This document shows, one piece after another, positions 42,439 through 53,376 of a stretch of DNA of 64,000 nt (positions are counted from its first letter, which is position 1; each line of letters starts with the position of its first letter). Where the stretch lies: NCBI GenBank assembly GCA_964016885.1, contig OZ024741.1, forward strand, positions 276,272,001-276,336,000, read 5' to 3'. The stretch comes from Eledone cirrhosa. Lineage: Eukaryota. Below the pieces are notes generated by a model. It had not been told where the DNA came from, ran no database searches, and was given only the letters and a program-made list of their open reading frames with translations. Made by a program: the position numbers and the translations under genes.

Positions 42439-43520
42439 TGAGGGTGGGCTGAATAGTTCATAGGCTAACTATGAAGGAGTGATGCTAGAACTGTAAAATC
42501 TTGCATGCTTTAATTTCAACTTTTCTTATTAATAACTGCATTGTTTCCCTCCAGGAAAACTGAAGACTTCAAAAGTAACTTGTAGCAATTTCTCTTGAAA
42601 ATGGACATTTGGCATCGTGTTGTTATCAAATACTTGCAGAAAAAGGGTTTAGTCCCGAAGGGGATGACATTTCATCAACAAGTGCATAAGTGGGCAGCTA
42701 AATTTAGGAAGGGATGGGAGAGTCTTGAAGATGACCCAAGGTCTGGACATCCTGCAACTGCCACCACCGAGGAAAACATTGATCATGTTCACTACATGAT
42801 GATGGATGATAGGCGGTTGACTATAAATAAAATAGCCAATGCTATTCCGTGAGAGAGTTTAGAATATTCTGTACAATCAACTTGGCACGACGAAGGTTTC
42901 TGTATGGTGGGTGCCACATTTTCTGACACCTGATCAAAAGCGCACTAGGCTGATCACATCACGGGCAAATCTGACATTGTTTGAGGCAGATCCAGCTAGT
43001 TTCCTTGAACGCTTCCTAACCCAGGATGGTGTTAGATTTAAAGCTTTGATCCAGAAAAAAGATATAATCCATGCAATGGAAGCACCTCTCCTCACCTGCT
43101 CCAAAGAAGGCCAAAGTTGTTTCATCTACAGGGAAAGTGATGGCCTCGTTTTTTGTTGTTGTTTTTATGCAAAAGGCATTGTGTTTATTGATTATCTTAA
43201 AAAGGGCCACATCATCAATGGAGAATACTATTCAAACTTGTTGAGGCAGTTGCCAAAGGATATCAAGACCAAACCCCCAGGAAAACTGACCCAAGGGGTC
43301 TTGTAATGCACCTGAGCACTGTACACAATAATTTCATTATTATTATTGTTTCATCAGGACGATGCCGCAGCACACAAGTCCTTGTGACTGTGGTTTTGGA
43401 CTGGTTAATCACCTCCTCTATTCTGATTTTGTCCCAACTGATTATCATCTGTCCCCCAACATGAAAACAACAAAAACAACAACACTTGGTTGGGAACCAG
43501 TATCGCAGTGATGTTAGCGT
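42439..43520 (+). mobile_element. Degenerate mariner transposase copy, right TIR not seen
   Basis: TA-tgagggtgggctgaatagttc left end; SLEDDPRSGHP, WVPHFLT, FLTQD and a decayed YSPDLAP-like block; frameshifts; interrupted by a CR1 tail at 43303-43346. Confidence 0.88.
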
Positions 43521-44759
43521 CTTAAGAAGAGCAAAAGAAAAAAAAGTTGAATTTGGTATCATTTGAAATTAGAATGTATAATACCACATTGTTTTTGTTT
43601 ATTTTTCTTACATTGGAACATCGCTATATGTTTGGTGTCGGGGTGTAATCGATTATATCAACTGTTACAATTTGCATTTATCCGGGTAAGTTGAAATTTC
43701 ATGTGTGAAGTGAGTGTCAATCTCTCGAGCTGAAATACATACGAGACTGAAATAGTTACATTTTTCAAGGGAAGTAACTCAAAACATCAAGGGAAATAAC
43801 TAAAAAAAAACAAGGGAAATAACTCCTTGTAATTTTAAAAATTTATTAAACATTATTGTATTTGGGCGCCATGCTTTGAAGCATAGAGTTACCTCCCTTT
43901 ATGATCTGAGTTCAAATCCCGCCGAGGTTAACTTTGCCTTTCATCCTTACGGGGTCGATAAAATAAAGTACCAGTAATACACTGGGGTAATTTCTGGCCT
44001 TGTGCCAAAAGTAGAAACAATTATTGTATTGTTTTTATTCACAATTGTACGAATATTACAAATATAACGCACAAAATGATCAAAACGAGAGAAAAAAGAC
44101 AAAAAACAAAAACAAAAAAAAACATCAATTCACCACCAAGTGCATCAATCGGTCACACACAACAAGGGTCAACGAAAATTTATCTCTCTTCGCCTACTTA
44201 TTCCTAAGAGGGTCATGGTGGCAGAGTCCGCTAACATTCCTTCCAGCGGATCCTGCCAGAAGCAACCGTCTCCAAATGATCCGGCTGGATTCCCAAGCGA
44301 GACCAGCCAAGCCCATGGATGTTATCCAACTGTCTTGCTCGGGATCTACCATAAATGAAAAAAAAAAAAAAAAATAAATAAAAACTTTATATTGATCTAG
44401 CCATCAACGTATATAGCTGGACGTGAAGAAATACCACGGTTGTTGACAACCAAAACACAATTACTCTGACATGTTTGTACAATTACATATAATTTTGTTG
44501 ACATAATTTATCATCTGTGGACCAATACATAAAAATATACACGGTATATTTTGATGTAAATATGAAAATAAACGGAATTTATTTTGTTATGTGTTATACA
44601 TAACCATATTATGTCAACTATATTTTACAGATTGAAGTTATACAATGATGGAAATATAAAAAAAAAAAGATAAAGACAAAATTAAGTAATGAAAAAAGAG
44701 GGAAGGGCTTTAGCCCTTCCCTCTTTTTTCATTACTTAATTTTGTCTTTATCTTTTTTA

Positions 44760-45015
44760 AGGCAGATCTGGGTGTAGAGGAAAGTAAAGGAAAGGACTAT
44801 AAATGTCATAAGAAGAAAAGGAGGGAAAAGACAAGGACTATTAGGCAACGGAAGAAAGAGAGGGGAGGGGAGAGGGTGATAGACTCTGCGCCTTGGTCGG
44901 GGCGGTATTTCGGCTGTGCCCGTGGACAAAACTACAAAGGTGTTTCCGAGGACAATAGCCAGTGACACCTGCTCAACAGCTCCCACGGGGCTCCTTCCTC
45001 AGACGGGGAGCTGGC
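44760..45015 (-). mobile_element. Second CRE-like family 3' fragment (copies also at 34800-35020 on - and 3670-3990 on +)
   Basis: QVSLAIVLGN and EWLLQRVS..AIVHG motifs; shared ctccttcctcaga and gctgtgccc.tggacaaaa blocks. Confidence 0.65.
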
Positions 45016-45354
45016 GTTCCGATTTTAATATACACACAAATGAGATTAACAATACTTAATTACATAAATATTTCACATAAAAATATAGAATCTTAACGAA
45101 AGAAAGAAAATGGAATTCATTTTATTTTGCTTCAACATCTAATGATTATAACGAAAGAAGTTTATATGTCTAAATTATCTCCTATTTACAACAGCAATTA
45201 CACTAGGAAGTATAAATTACTTCTCAATATGTGTGTCATATCGAATGAATAGAAGCAAACATACACACACACGTACACCAGGTCCGAATACAGAGGAGCC
45301 GAACTCCCGCTTTAATCGCCCCCATCTCTCTTTCGCCTTCCCCATGTTTCACTA

Positions 45355-45933
45355 TTATGAGCAAATGGGGTCCCCACGCGCTGACCGCCCCACGGCCCCG
45401 ATGGACAGAATGGAGAAGGCGTTTTCCCGGAGGATGGTGAGGAAGATGCGTTGGAAGAGCCATTTCATCTCGCGAGACTCACACTTGCGGGTAGCCAGCT
45501 CAGCGCCTATGGTGGTGAGTAGGGAAGTAGCCCTAGAGCCAAGGGCACCAGAAGTTTCCACTGCTAGGGTCTCGACTGCAAACCTGTCCGAGAGCGACCG
45601 ATACTTGGAGAGTTTACCTTCCTCAGCTCGAAGTGCAGCAGAGCCTGAGTTAGTCGCAGACTGCACCAGGTTGTCACTGGAGAATGTGTCGCTGCCTATG
45701 GCATCCCAGACGAAGGGTTTACCATCGTAGAACGGAAATATGGTCATGTCGTCTGGCCTTTTGCCGTCCGTTTGGTCCGGCCCCACGGGCTCGAGCTTGG
45801 AGGGGAAACCTGCAGCATCCAAGCCATGCTTTATGATTTCGTTGAGTGCAGCATGGCGTGGAAGGCGGCCGGCACTGTAGCGACAGGAAAGCGGTTGTGG
45901 GCCGAAAGGGTCTACGGTCGATCCGCAGCGACA
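45355..45933 (-). mobile_element. CRE-like non-LTR retrotransposon C-terminus (Zn knuckle plus restriction-like endonuclease)
   Basis: In-frame CRCGSTVDPFGPQPLSC..RHAALNEII..DGKRPD..WD..AEEGKLSKY..LAVETSG..WLFQRI..LRENAFSIL, the RLE domain signature. Confidence 0.85.
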
Positions 45934-46856
45934 TTAGTTACCAACTATAATAATAATGAATGAGTGTATATTCATTTATTTATATATTTGTCCATCCCGC
46001 ACTGAAAGGGAAATGACTGAGGAAGTAAGGGGATGCTGAGAAACTATAGAAAACAGCGACCAGCGTTCTAAGATTCACTCCATTAGTGTGTGTATATGCA
46101 ATTAATTGGCGACACACATTGGCTATTCTCATTGCATGTTTGTGTGGATATATTTATACTTGTGTGAGTGTATATCATGACTCGTACACTTTACTTTACT
46201 GACATTTGTACATTATTGTATGTACTATACATGCACATTTGATGAGTTGTAGTGCACAATAATTTTCATTATTATAAGCTATTATCTTGGTCACCTATGT
46301 TAGTTCACGAACGCCTCTTACCACGAACAAATCGGTCGACGGACAATTTTTCCAAACATAAAACATCTCGGGTGACGAGCGGTGTCTCAAATAAGGGACA
46401 AGCAAGCCGTCAACAACGGTTGGCAACAAGCTCGAAATGTCAGCAGGAAAGCGTCACTTGCTGTGTAGTTAGTTACTATAGTGATATCTATCTGTCTTTC
46501 ACAGACAGTCCCTCTCTCTCTCTCTCTCACTCACTTTATTTCTCTCTCAACGTTTCGTATGGGAAAATATAGTTTCGACTTACGAACATTTTGGATGACG
46601 AATGCCCAAAAGGAAGGAATTAAGTTCGTGAACCGAGGTTCCACTGTATTCATGTTAATTATGTTCTGATTTCAATTCCCACCACTAAATTTTACTTTGC
46701 TTTTCATCACTATATTGGCATGAGGATAGTGATAAAAATAAGTACCAGTAATACAATGAGGTAAATTTAAATCACTATTCTCTCAGACATTTCTGATAGG
46801 CAGGGAGGCAGGCAGGTAGGTAGATAGGTAAGTTGGTAGGTTGGTAGATAGATAGC

Positions 46857-47116
46857 TATGGTGGTGTTGTGGTGCTGGTGATGATTATGGTGGTGATGGT
46901 GGTGTTGATGATGATTATGGTGCTGATGGTGGTGATGGTGATGGTGTTGACGGTGGTGGTGGTAGAGGTGGTAGTGGTTGTGTTGACGGCGGTGGTGGTA
47001 GTGGTGGTGATATTGGTGGTAATGTTGATGATGTTGGTGGTAGTGGTGGCGGTAGTAGTGGTGGTGGTGGTGGTGGTAGTAGTAGTGGTGGTGGTGTTGA
47101 CGATGGTGGTGGTAGT
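46857..47116. repeat. (GGT/GAT)n microsatellite
   Basis: Imperfect trinucleotide run. Confidence 0.9.
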
Positions 47117-47554
47117 GTCAATAATATTTTTATTATTGAAAATATTTTTTCTTTTATTCAAAATAGAAGAGTTTTAATTCATTTTGGGATTTAATAGTTT
47201 TTTTTTAATATGTTGTTTTTATATTATCACATGTCTACAGTCATGGAAACTCTTCATCAGTGAGAGAGAGGGGAAGAGGTTGAAGAAGATGGATAAAGGC
47301 AGAGGATGAGGAGGGAGGGAGAGAGAGGGTAAAGAGGAGGAGAAGGAGGAAGTGAGAGAGACAGAGAGGGGGGGGAATGATGACAGAACTGATGTTAACC
47401 ATCCTCATTCTCTTCTTCTTCTTCCTCCTCCTCAACCTCTATGTTCATTTAACACCATTTTGAAAAATCTATTTTAGGGATGGAAAATTAGAAAATTAGA
47501 TTGTTTTTTATCTTATAAAACAGTATTTTCATTTACTTGCAATATGTGGCAATT

Positions 47555-48010
47555 ATCTTCTTCTTCACTCACTTATTTCTGACAGGGTCATGGGGCAGAG
47601 TCCCCAAATACTCCTTCCAGCCATCCTGTCAGAAGCAACCATCTCCAACTGATCTAGCTGGATCCCCAAGCGAGACTAGATTAGCCAAGCTCATGGATGT
47701 TATCCAACCATCTTGCTTGGGGTCTACCCCTGGGTCTCCTGCCGGCTGGTTTTGCCTGTTAAATCTGTCCAGCAATTCTTTCCTGAGACATTCTAGCTAC
47801 ATGCCCGTAATATCGGAGCTGTGATCTCTCAATTTGGAGAAGTAGCAGGGTCACTTATCTCCGAGCTACACACTTTATTGAGTAACATTACTCCGAACAG
47901 CCTTCGGTGGAACACTACTGTGGCCGCTTGTATTCACGATCGTATTCTTTCTGTCATTACCCAAAATTTATGACCATACGTAAGAGTTGGCATGAATACT
48001 GAATTTAAGA
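47555..48010 (-). mobile_element. Second RTE-like LINE family, 3' fragment
   Basis: Minus strand reads like SVFMPTLTYGHKFWVMTERIRS; shorter copies of the same 3' end at 42030-42180 and 44185-44350. Confidence 0.65.
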
Positions 48011-49467
48011 TAGTGTGTTTGGTTTTTACACCTACCTCAGTAACCAGAGAGTAATTATATTAAATAATAAAATGTCAGACAGGTAACAAGTGACAACAAG
48101 CAAGAGGAGAACATTTAATGTAAACAAATACTATAATAATAATAATTTTTCTACTTTAGGTAGAAGGCCAGCAATTTGGGGGGGTGGGATAAATCGATTA
48201 AATCGACCCCAGTGTATTACTGGTGCTTTATTTTATTGTAAGGGTGAAAGGTAAAGCTAACCTTGGCAAGATTTGAACTCAGAACTCATAACACTATGCC
48301 ACAAAGCAGAGGGTTCAACGCTCAATTGATACTGCCAATCTGCTGCCCTAATAATAATAATAATAATTGTTTCTACTTTTGGCAAAAGGCCAGCAATTAT
48401 CCCAGTGCATTACTGGTACTTTATTTTATCGACCCTGTAAGGATGAAAGGCAAAGTTAACCTCGGCGGGATTTGAACTCAGACCGTAAAGGGACGTAACT
48501 ATGCTGGGAAGCATGGTGACGAACTCTCTACCGATACTGCCAATCTACTAATAATAATTGTTTCTACTTTTGGCACAAGGCCAGCAATTACCCAGTGCAT
48601 TACTGGTACTTTATTTTATCGACCCCGTAAGGATGAAAGGCAAACTTAACCTCGGCGGGATTTGAACTCAGAATGGCAAGGGCCGTAACTATGCATCAAA
48701 GCATGGCGTCCAACCCTCTACCGATACTTACTATGATAATAATAAACATTACAAAGACAAGTTACACCATGAAGGTGGGGTTTACATAGAAATGAGAAAA
48801 TATGGGTAACAAGTATATATAGTATACAAGACATTCAATTCTATTGGGACAGAGAGCTGAATACATACAACTAATTGAGGAACCCCACATATCCACAATC
48901 AGTTTGACCACCAAAGGTGGGTGCTCTCTCCCAACTGACATTGTTTGACATAGAGTCACAAGCTGAGAGCAGACTAAATCATTCTCACCATTTTCCCTAC
49001 TTTCAACCACCTTTTGGTAAATTTACTGGAAGAGAACACCTCCCTCGCCATCCCCCATTCCAGATGAAAATTGAAAAAGTCAGCAAGATCTTAACTGAAG
49101 AGGAACGTGCTGTCTTCAGTTCTTTTGGCCTTGTCCACCACACAACCTCTTTCACCATAGCCACCAATAATTGTTCTGATTTAGGCATAAGGCCAACAAC
49201 TTTAGGGGAGGGAAAAGCAATTAAATTGACCTCAGTGCATTACTGGTACTTTATTTTATCGACCCCATAAGTATGAAAGGCAAAGCTAACCTCGGTGAGA
49301 TTTGAACTCATCCATAGCCACCAATAATAATATCTCCACACTGACCACGTTCCTTCGTCATCTCCTCTGTGAGTCAGCAATTTGAGGTCAGCTCTCACCA
49401 CCTCTGCCCAAGTCTTTCTTGGTCTACCTCTACTGTGGCTTCTTTCCACCCATATACATACATACAT

Positions 49468-49544
<77 letters not shown>

Positions 49545-49554
49545 TATAAATATA

Positions 49555-49612
<58 letters not shown>

Positions 49613-50473
49613 TTTAAACCCATGCTAGCGTGGAATATAGACGTTAGATGATGATGATGATATATATAAATATATATATAATTATATATATGTATATATC
49701 ACGATGCATTCCATGAATATGAACATGACAGAGACATTTTTGTTTCTTATCTTGGAGTTCAAAATATGTAAACTATACATAGCAACTCATAGAACCACAC
49801 ATACATACATACAAGCATACATATATCCATACAAACACACATACATACAAACATACATAAATGCATACATTCATGCATACATACATACCTATCTACTTTC
49901 CTCCCTCCCTGCCAACATACATACATGCACATATACATACAATCATGCATGCAAACATACATGCATATACAAATATAAATATACATACATGCATACATAA
50001 TACATACACAGTACTTAAACCATAAGAAATTGTCATAAGAAAAGAACTTTCCAGATACTAATAACTTGTGAGGGTCATGCTGCCAATGAAAACACACGCA
50101 CCAGTTAATTACTAGTTAGTTAACTAATCCATTCATCAGTTAGTTTACTAACTGGGTGCTTGTTTAATTATCTTATTTATTTTTAATTGTTGAAGCTCTT
50201 TCATCACACATACTGCGACCTTCTCAATGACTATTCTTGCTCCACTGTGTCTCCTCTTTGTTCTGATCTTGTTCTATTTACTACATCTTGTCTTTATTGG
50301 AAACATATATAGTGTCAACTTTTGAGAGTAAATAAATGAATTGCTTTGCCGAACAATTAACAGTGTGAGTTTGTAAATATATCTGTATATATATATATAT
50401 ATAAGTTGTAATAAAATGAAAACGAAATTTCATTTCTCACTCTTAGTACAGCACTTACTTAAATGTAAGTATG

Positions 50474-50518
<45 letters not shown>

Positions 50519-50728
50519 ATAATAATAAATTTGAAGACTATATATATATATATACATATATTTACAAACTCACACTGTTAATTTCTGCTTTCACCCTATT
50601 ACGGGATCTTTTGAGTTTCAGAAGATCCCGTAACAGGGTGAAAGCAGAAATTCTTTGCTTAAACTTTAATCTGAACTAATAATAAGTATTTGCTCTATAG
50701 GTTTATGTATATATTTTTTATATATATC

Positions 50729-51166
50729 TGGGATGAGGTGATAAAAGCCGACCATACCCAATTACACCTCTCAAAGGCGATGACACACGACCGTGACCTC
50801 TGGTGTCACACAGTAATACAGAAGACCCCCCCCCCCCCCATGGGTACAAGCCGAAGCTGAAGCATATAGACAATATGGCCCCACACCCTCCCACTGTAAA
50901 GTGGTCGTGGAGGTGCCACGGCAAAAAAGCACCCAGCCCACACTGTAAAGTGGACGTGTAGGCACCACGGAAAAAAGCACCCAGCACTCACTGTAAATGA
51001 GGTTGGTGTTAGGAAGGGTATCCAGCTGTAGAAATCAAGCCAGAATCAATTCCCATATGAGCAAGGTATGGTCAGCCGACCGGACACTGCCCACAACAGG
51101 ACAACCTGTCTAACCCATGCTAGCATGGAAGAACGGGCGTAAAACGGTGATGATGATGGTGATGAT
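50729..51166 (+). mobile_element. Short 3' copy of the same RTE family
   Basis: Closely matches 55781-56200 (tgggatgaggtgataaaagccgacc... through the GAT tail). Confidence 0.88.
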
Positions 51167-51484
51167 ACAATCCTTATTGAACCTTCTTTGGATTTTTGTC
51201 TTTGTAATTATTATTACTATATATATATATATATATATACAAATGCCCAGTCCACACTGTATTGAGGTCATGTAGGTGACACAACAAAAAGCACCCAGCT
51301 CACACTGTAAATGTGTTTGGGGCTAGGAAGGGCATCCAGCTGTAAAAAAAACTAGCCAAAAACAGTCCTATATGAGCGAGACATGGTCACCCGACCCAAC
51401 TTATCTCTAATAAATGGGACAAACCCGTCTAACCCATGCTAGTGTGGAAGATACACGTTAAACGATGATGATAATAATACATAT

Positions 51485-51925
51485 ATCATCATCATCATCA
51501 TCATTTTACGTCCGCTTTTCCCTGCTTGCAAAGGTGGGATGGCTCCTATTCAGCACAGCATCTCTCCATTTGTCATGGTTCTTCGTCATCTCCTCTGAGA
51601 GTATCAGCGATCTGAGGTCTGCTCTCACCACCTCCGCCCATGATTTTCGTGGTCTTCCTCAACTGCGTCTTCCTTCTACTGGGATTTCTTGGCACTTCTT
51701 TACCCAGCGGTCATCCTCCATGCGCATCACATGTCCATACCAATGCAGTCTTCTCTCCCACACACTACAGGTTATCCCTCTTATACACAGTTTTTCTCTC
51801 AACTCATCTATGCTTGGTCGTTCACGCACATTGAGATTGTACACCCAACGAAGCATGCTTGCTTCATTTCTCTCCAGCCGCATATCCTCTGCAGTTGCTG
51901 CCCATGTCTCACTACCATGCAGCAT
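51485..51925 (-). mobile_element. RTE LINE 3' fragment
   Basis: MLHGSETWA...ERRLHWYGHVMRM, homologous to the C-terminus of the 53408 ORF; (CAT)n tail on the + strand. Confidence 0.88.
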
Positions 51926-52195
51926 CTATGTGTGTGTGTTTGAGTATAGAACAATGAAAATAAGACTAGTCAGAGGTAGATAGTTAACTAGTTCATCGTT
52001 TTACAATCCTTTCAGAGGGTCGATTGATCATGGAAGATCAATGTATCGACTAGCATGGTAGTAATTAGGTTACCACCTATTTCTGGTCTTGATATATATA
52101 TAAATTGAATATGCATGTGTGTTTTTCTCATTTTTCTATATTCCTTCTTTTTCTCACTCTTCATCTTTCTATTTCCTCTTTTATATCTAATTCTA

Positions 52196-52229
52196 TTGCT
52201 GATGAAAGACTAGTGTCTGAAACGTTCAG
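52196..52229 (+). ncRNA. Minimal type I hammerhead ribozyme-like motif
   Basis: ttg-CTGATGA-a-AGAC-tagt-GTCT-GAAAC-GTT-cag. Confidence 0.65.
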
Positions 52230-52552
52230 ACACTTTTCCTGTTATTTCAGGTGATAAACTAATATATTTCTTCATTGTACTGTGTCGTTTGCTTTGTTAT
52301 TTCTCTTTACTTTTAACACACACACAAAAAGCACCCAGTCCACACTGTAAAGTGGTTGTGTAGGAGACATGGTAAAAAGGCTCCCAGTCCAAACTGTATA
52401 TGTGGTTTCATTCATGATTAATCCAGCCATAGAAAACCTGCCAGAAACAGTTCTATACGAGTGAGACATGGTTGCCCGACCAATCTTGCCTTAAGTGGGA
52501 CAAACCCGTCCAACCCATGCTAGCGTGGAAGATGGACATTAAACGATGATGA

Positions 52553-52614
<62 letters not shown>

Positions 52615-52668
52615 AGGATGGAAAATGGATGTTAGACGGTGATGATGATGATATATATATATATATAT

Positions 52669-53033
52669 ACAGGTTCCGGATGGCATACCATTCCTTGTCA
52701 ATACGTTTCTCTTAAGCTAGCAGATGTCTATAAAATCAGTGGGGGGTCATTCATGCTCGATAGAATGTGAATGTGTCTGTTGATTTGGCATATTGTTGAT
52801 TAGTTTAAGAGAAGTTCGAAGATAATAGTAAGATATGCACTCAGTATTTTGAATCTGTCTGCAGAATTCCCTAGACCTTTGTCACTTAGCAGAACTTAAT
52901 GACTTTAGCTTTTAAAGAATCTCCCTTTTCTTTAATTCTATCGAGCATGAATGACCCCCCCACTGATTTTATAGACATCTGCTAGCTTAAGAGAAACGTA
53001 TTGACAAGGAATGGTATGCCATCCGGAACCTGT
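52669..53033. repeat. Long inverted repeat (98/99-bp arms, 168-bp spacer)
   Basis: 52669-52766 is the reverse complement of 52935-53033 apart from one G/C-run indel. Confidence 0.93.
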
Positions 53034-53376
53034 TTATAGAATTCTGTCTGCCTTTGTTACTCTAAAAACATAAATAAATATAAATTAACTACAGCTATGT
53101 AGAATTAGCTTTTAATGAATTCCCTTCTCTATCAACCAATGACCTGCACCCATCCCACTCCCCACCCTCTCCTACCACTTGTAGAGACCTATAAATACCA
53201 TATTTATTTTTTGATACCCAGATTCCTGATGATTTCTAATGAATGAAACAGTTCTAGTCCTGTAGAATCTCATCTATATTAAAACTGTTATACTCTGCTA
53301 TGTATTGAGTACCTTACTTACTGTGGTTACCTCCGATTCAACCCGGAATAACGTATATATATATATATATATACAC

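Noticed and set aside
48745-49160. Possible L1/Tx1 ORF2 C-terminal relic (VAMVKEVVWWTR)
   Set aside because: Too degenerate to support without a database search.
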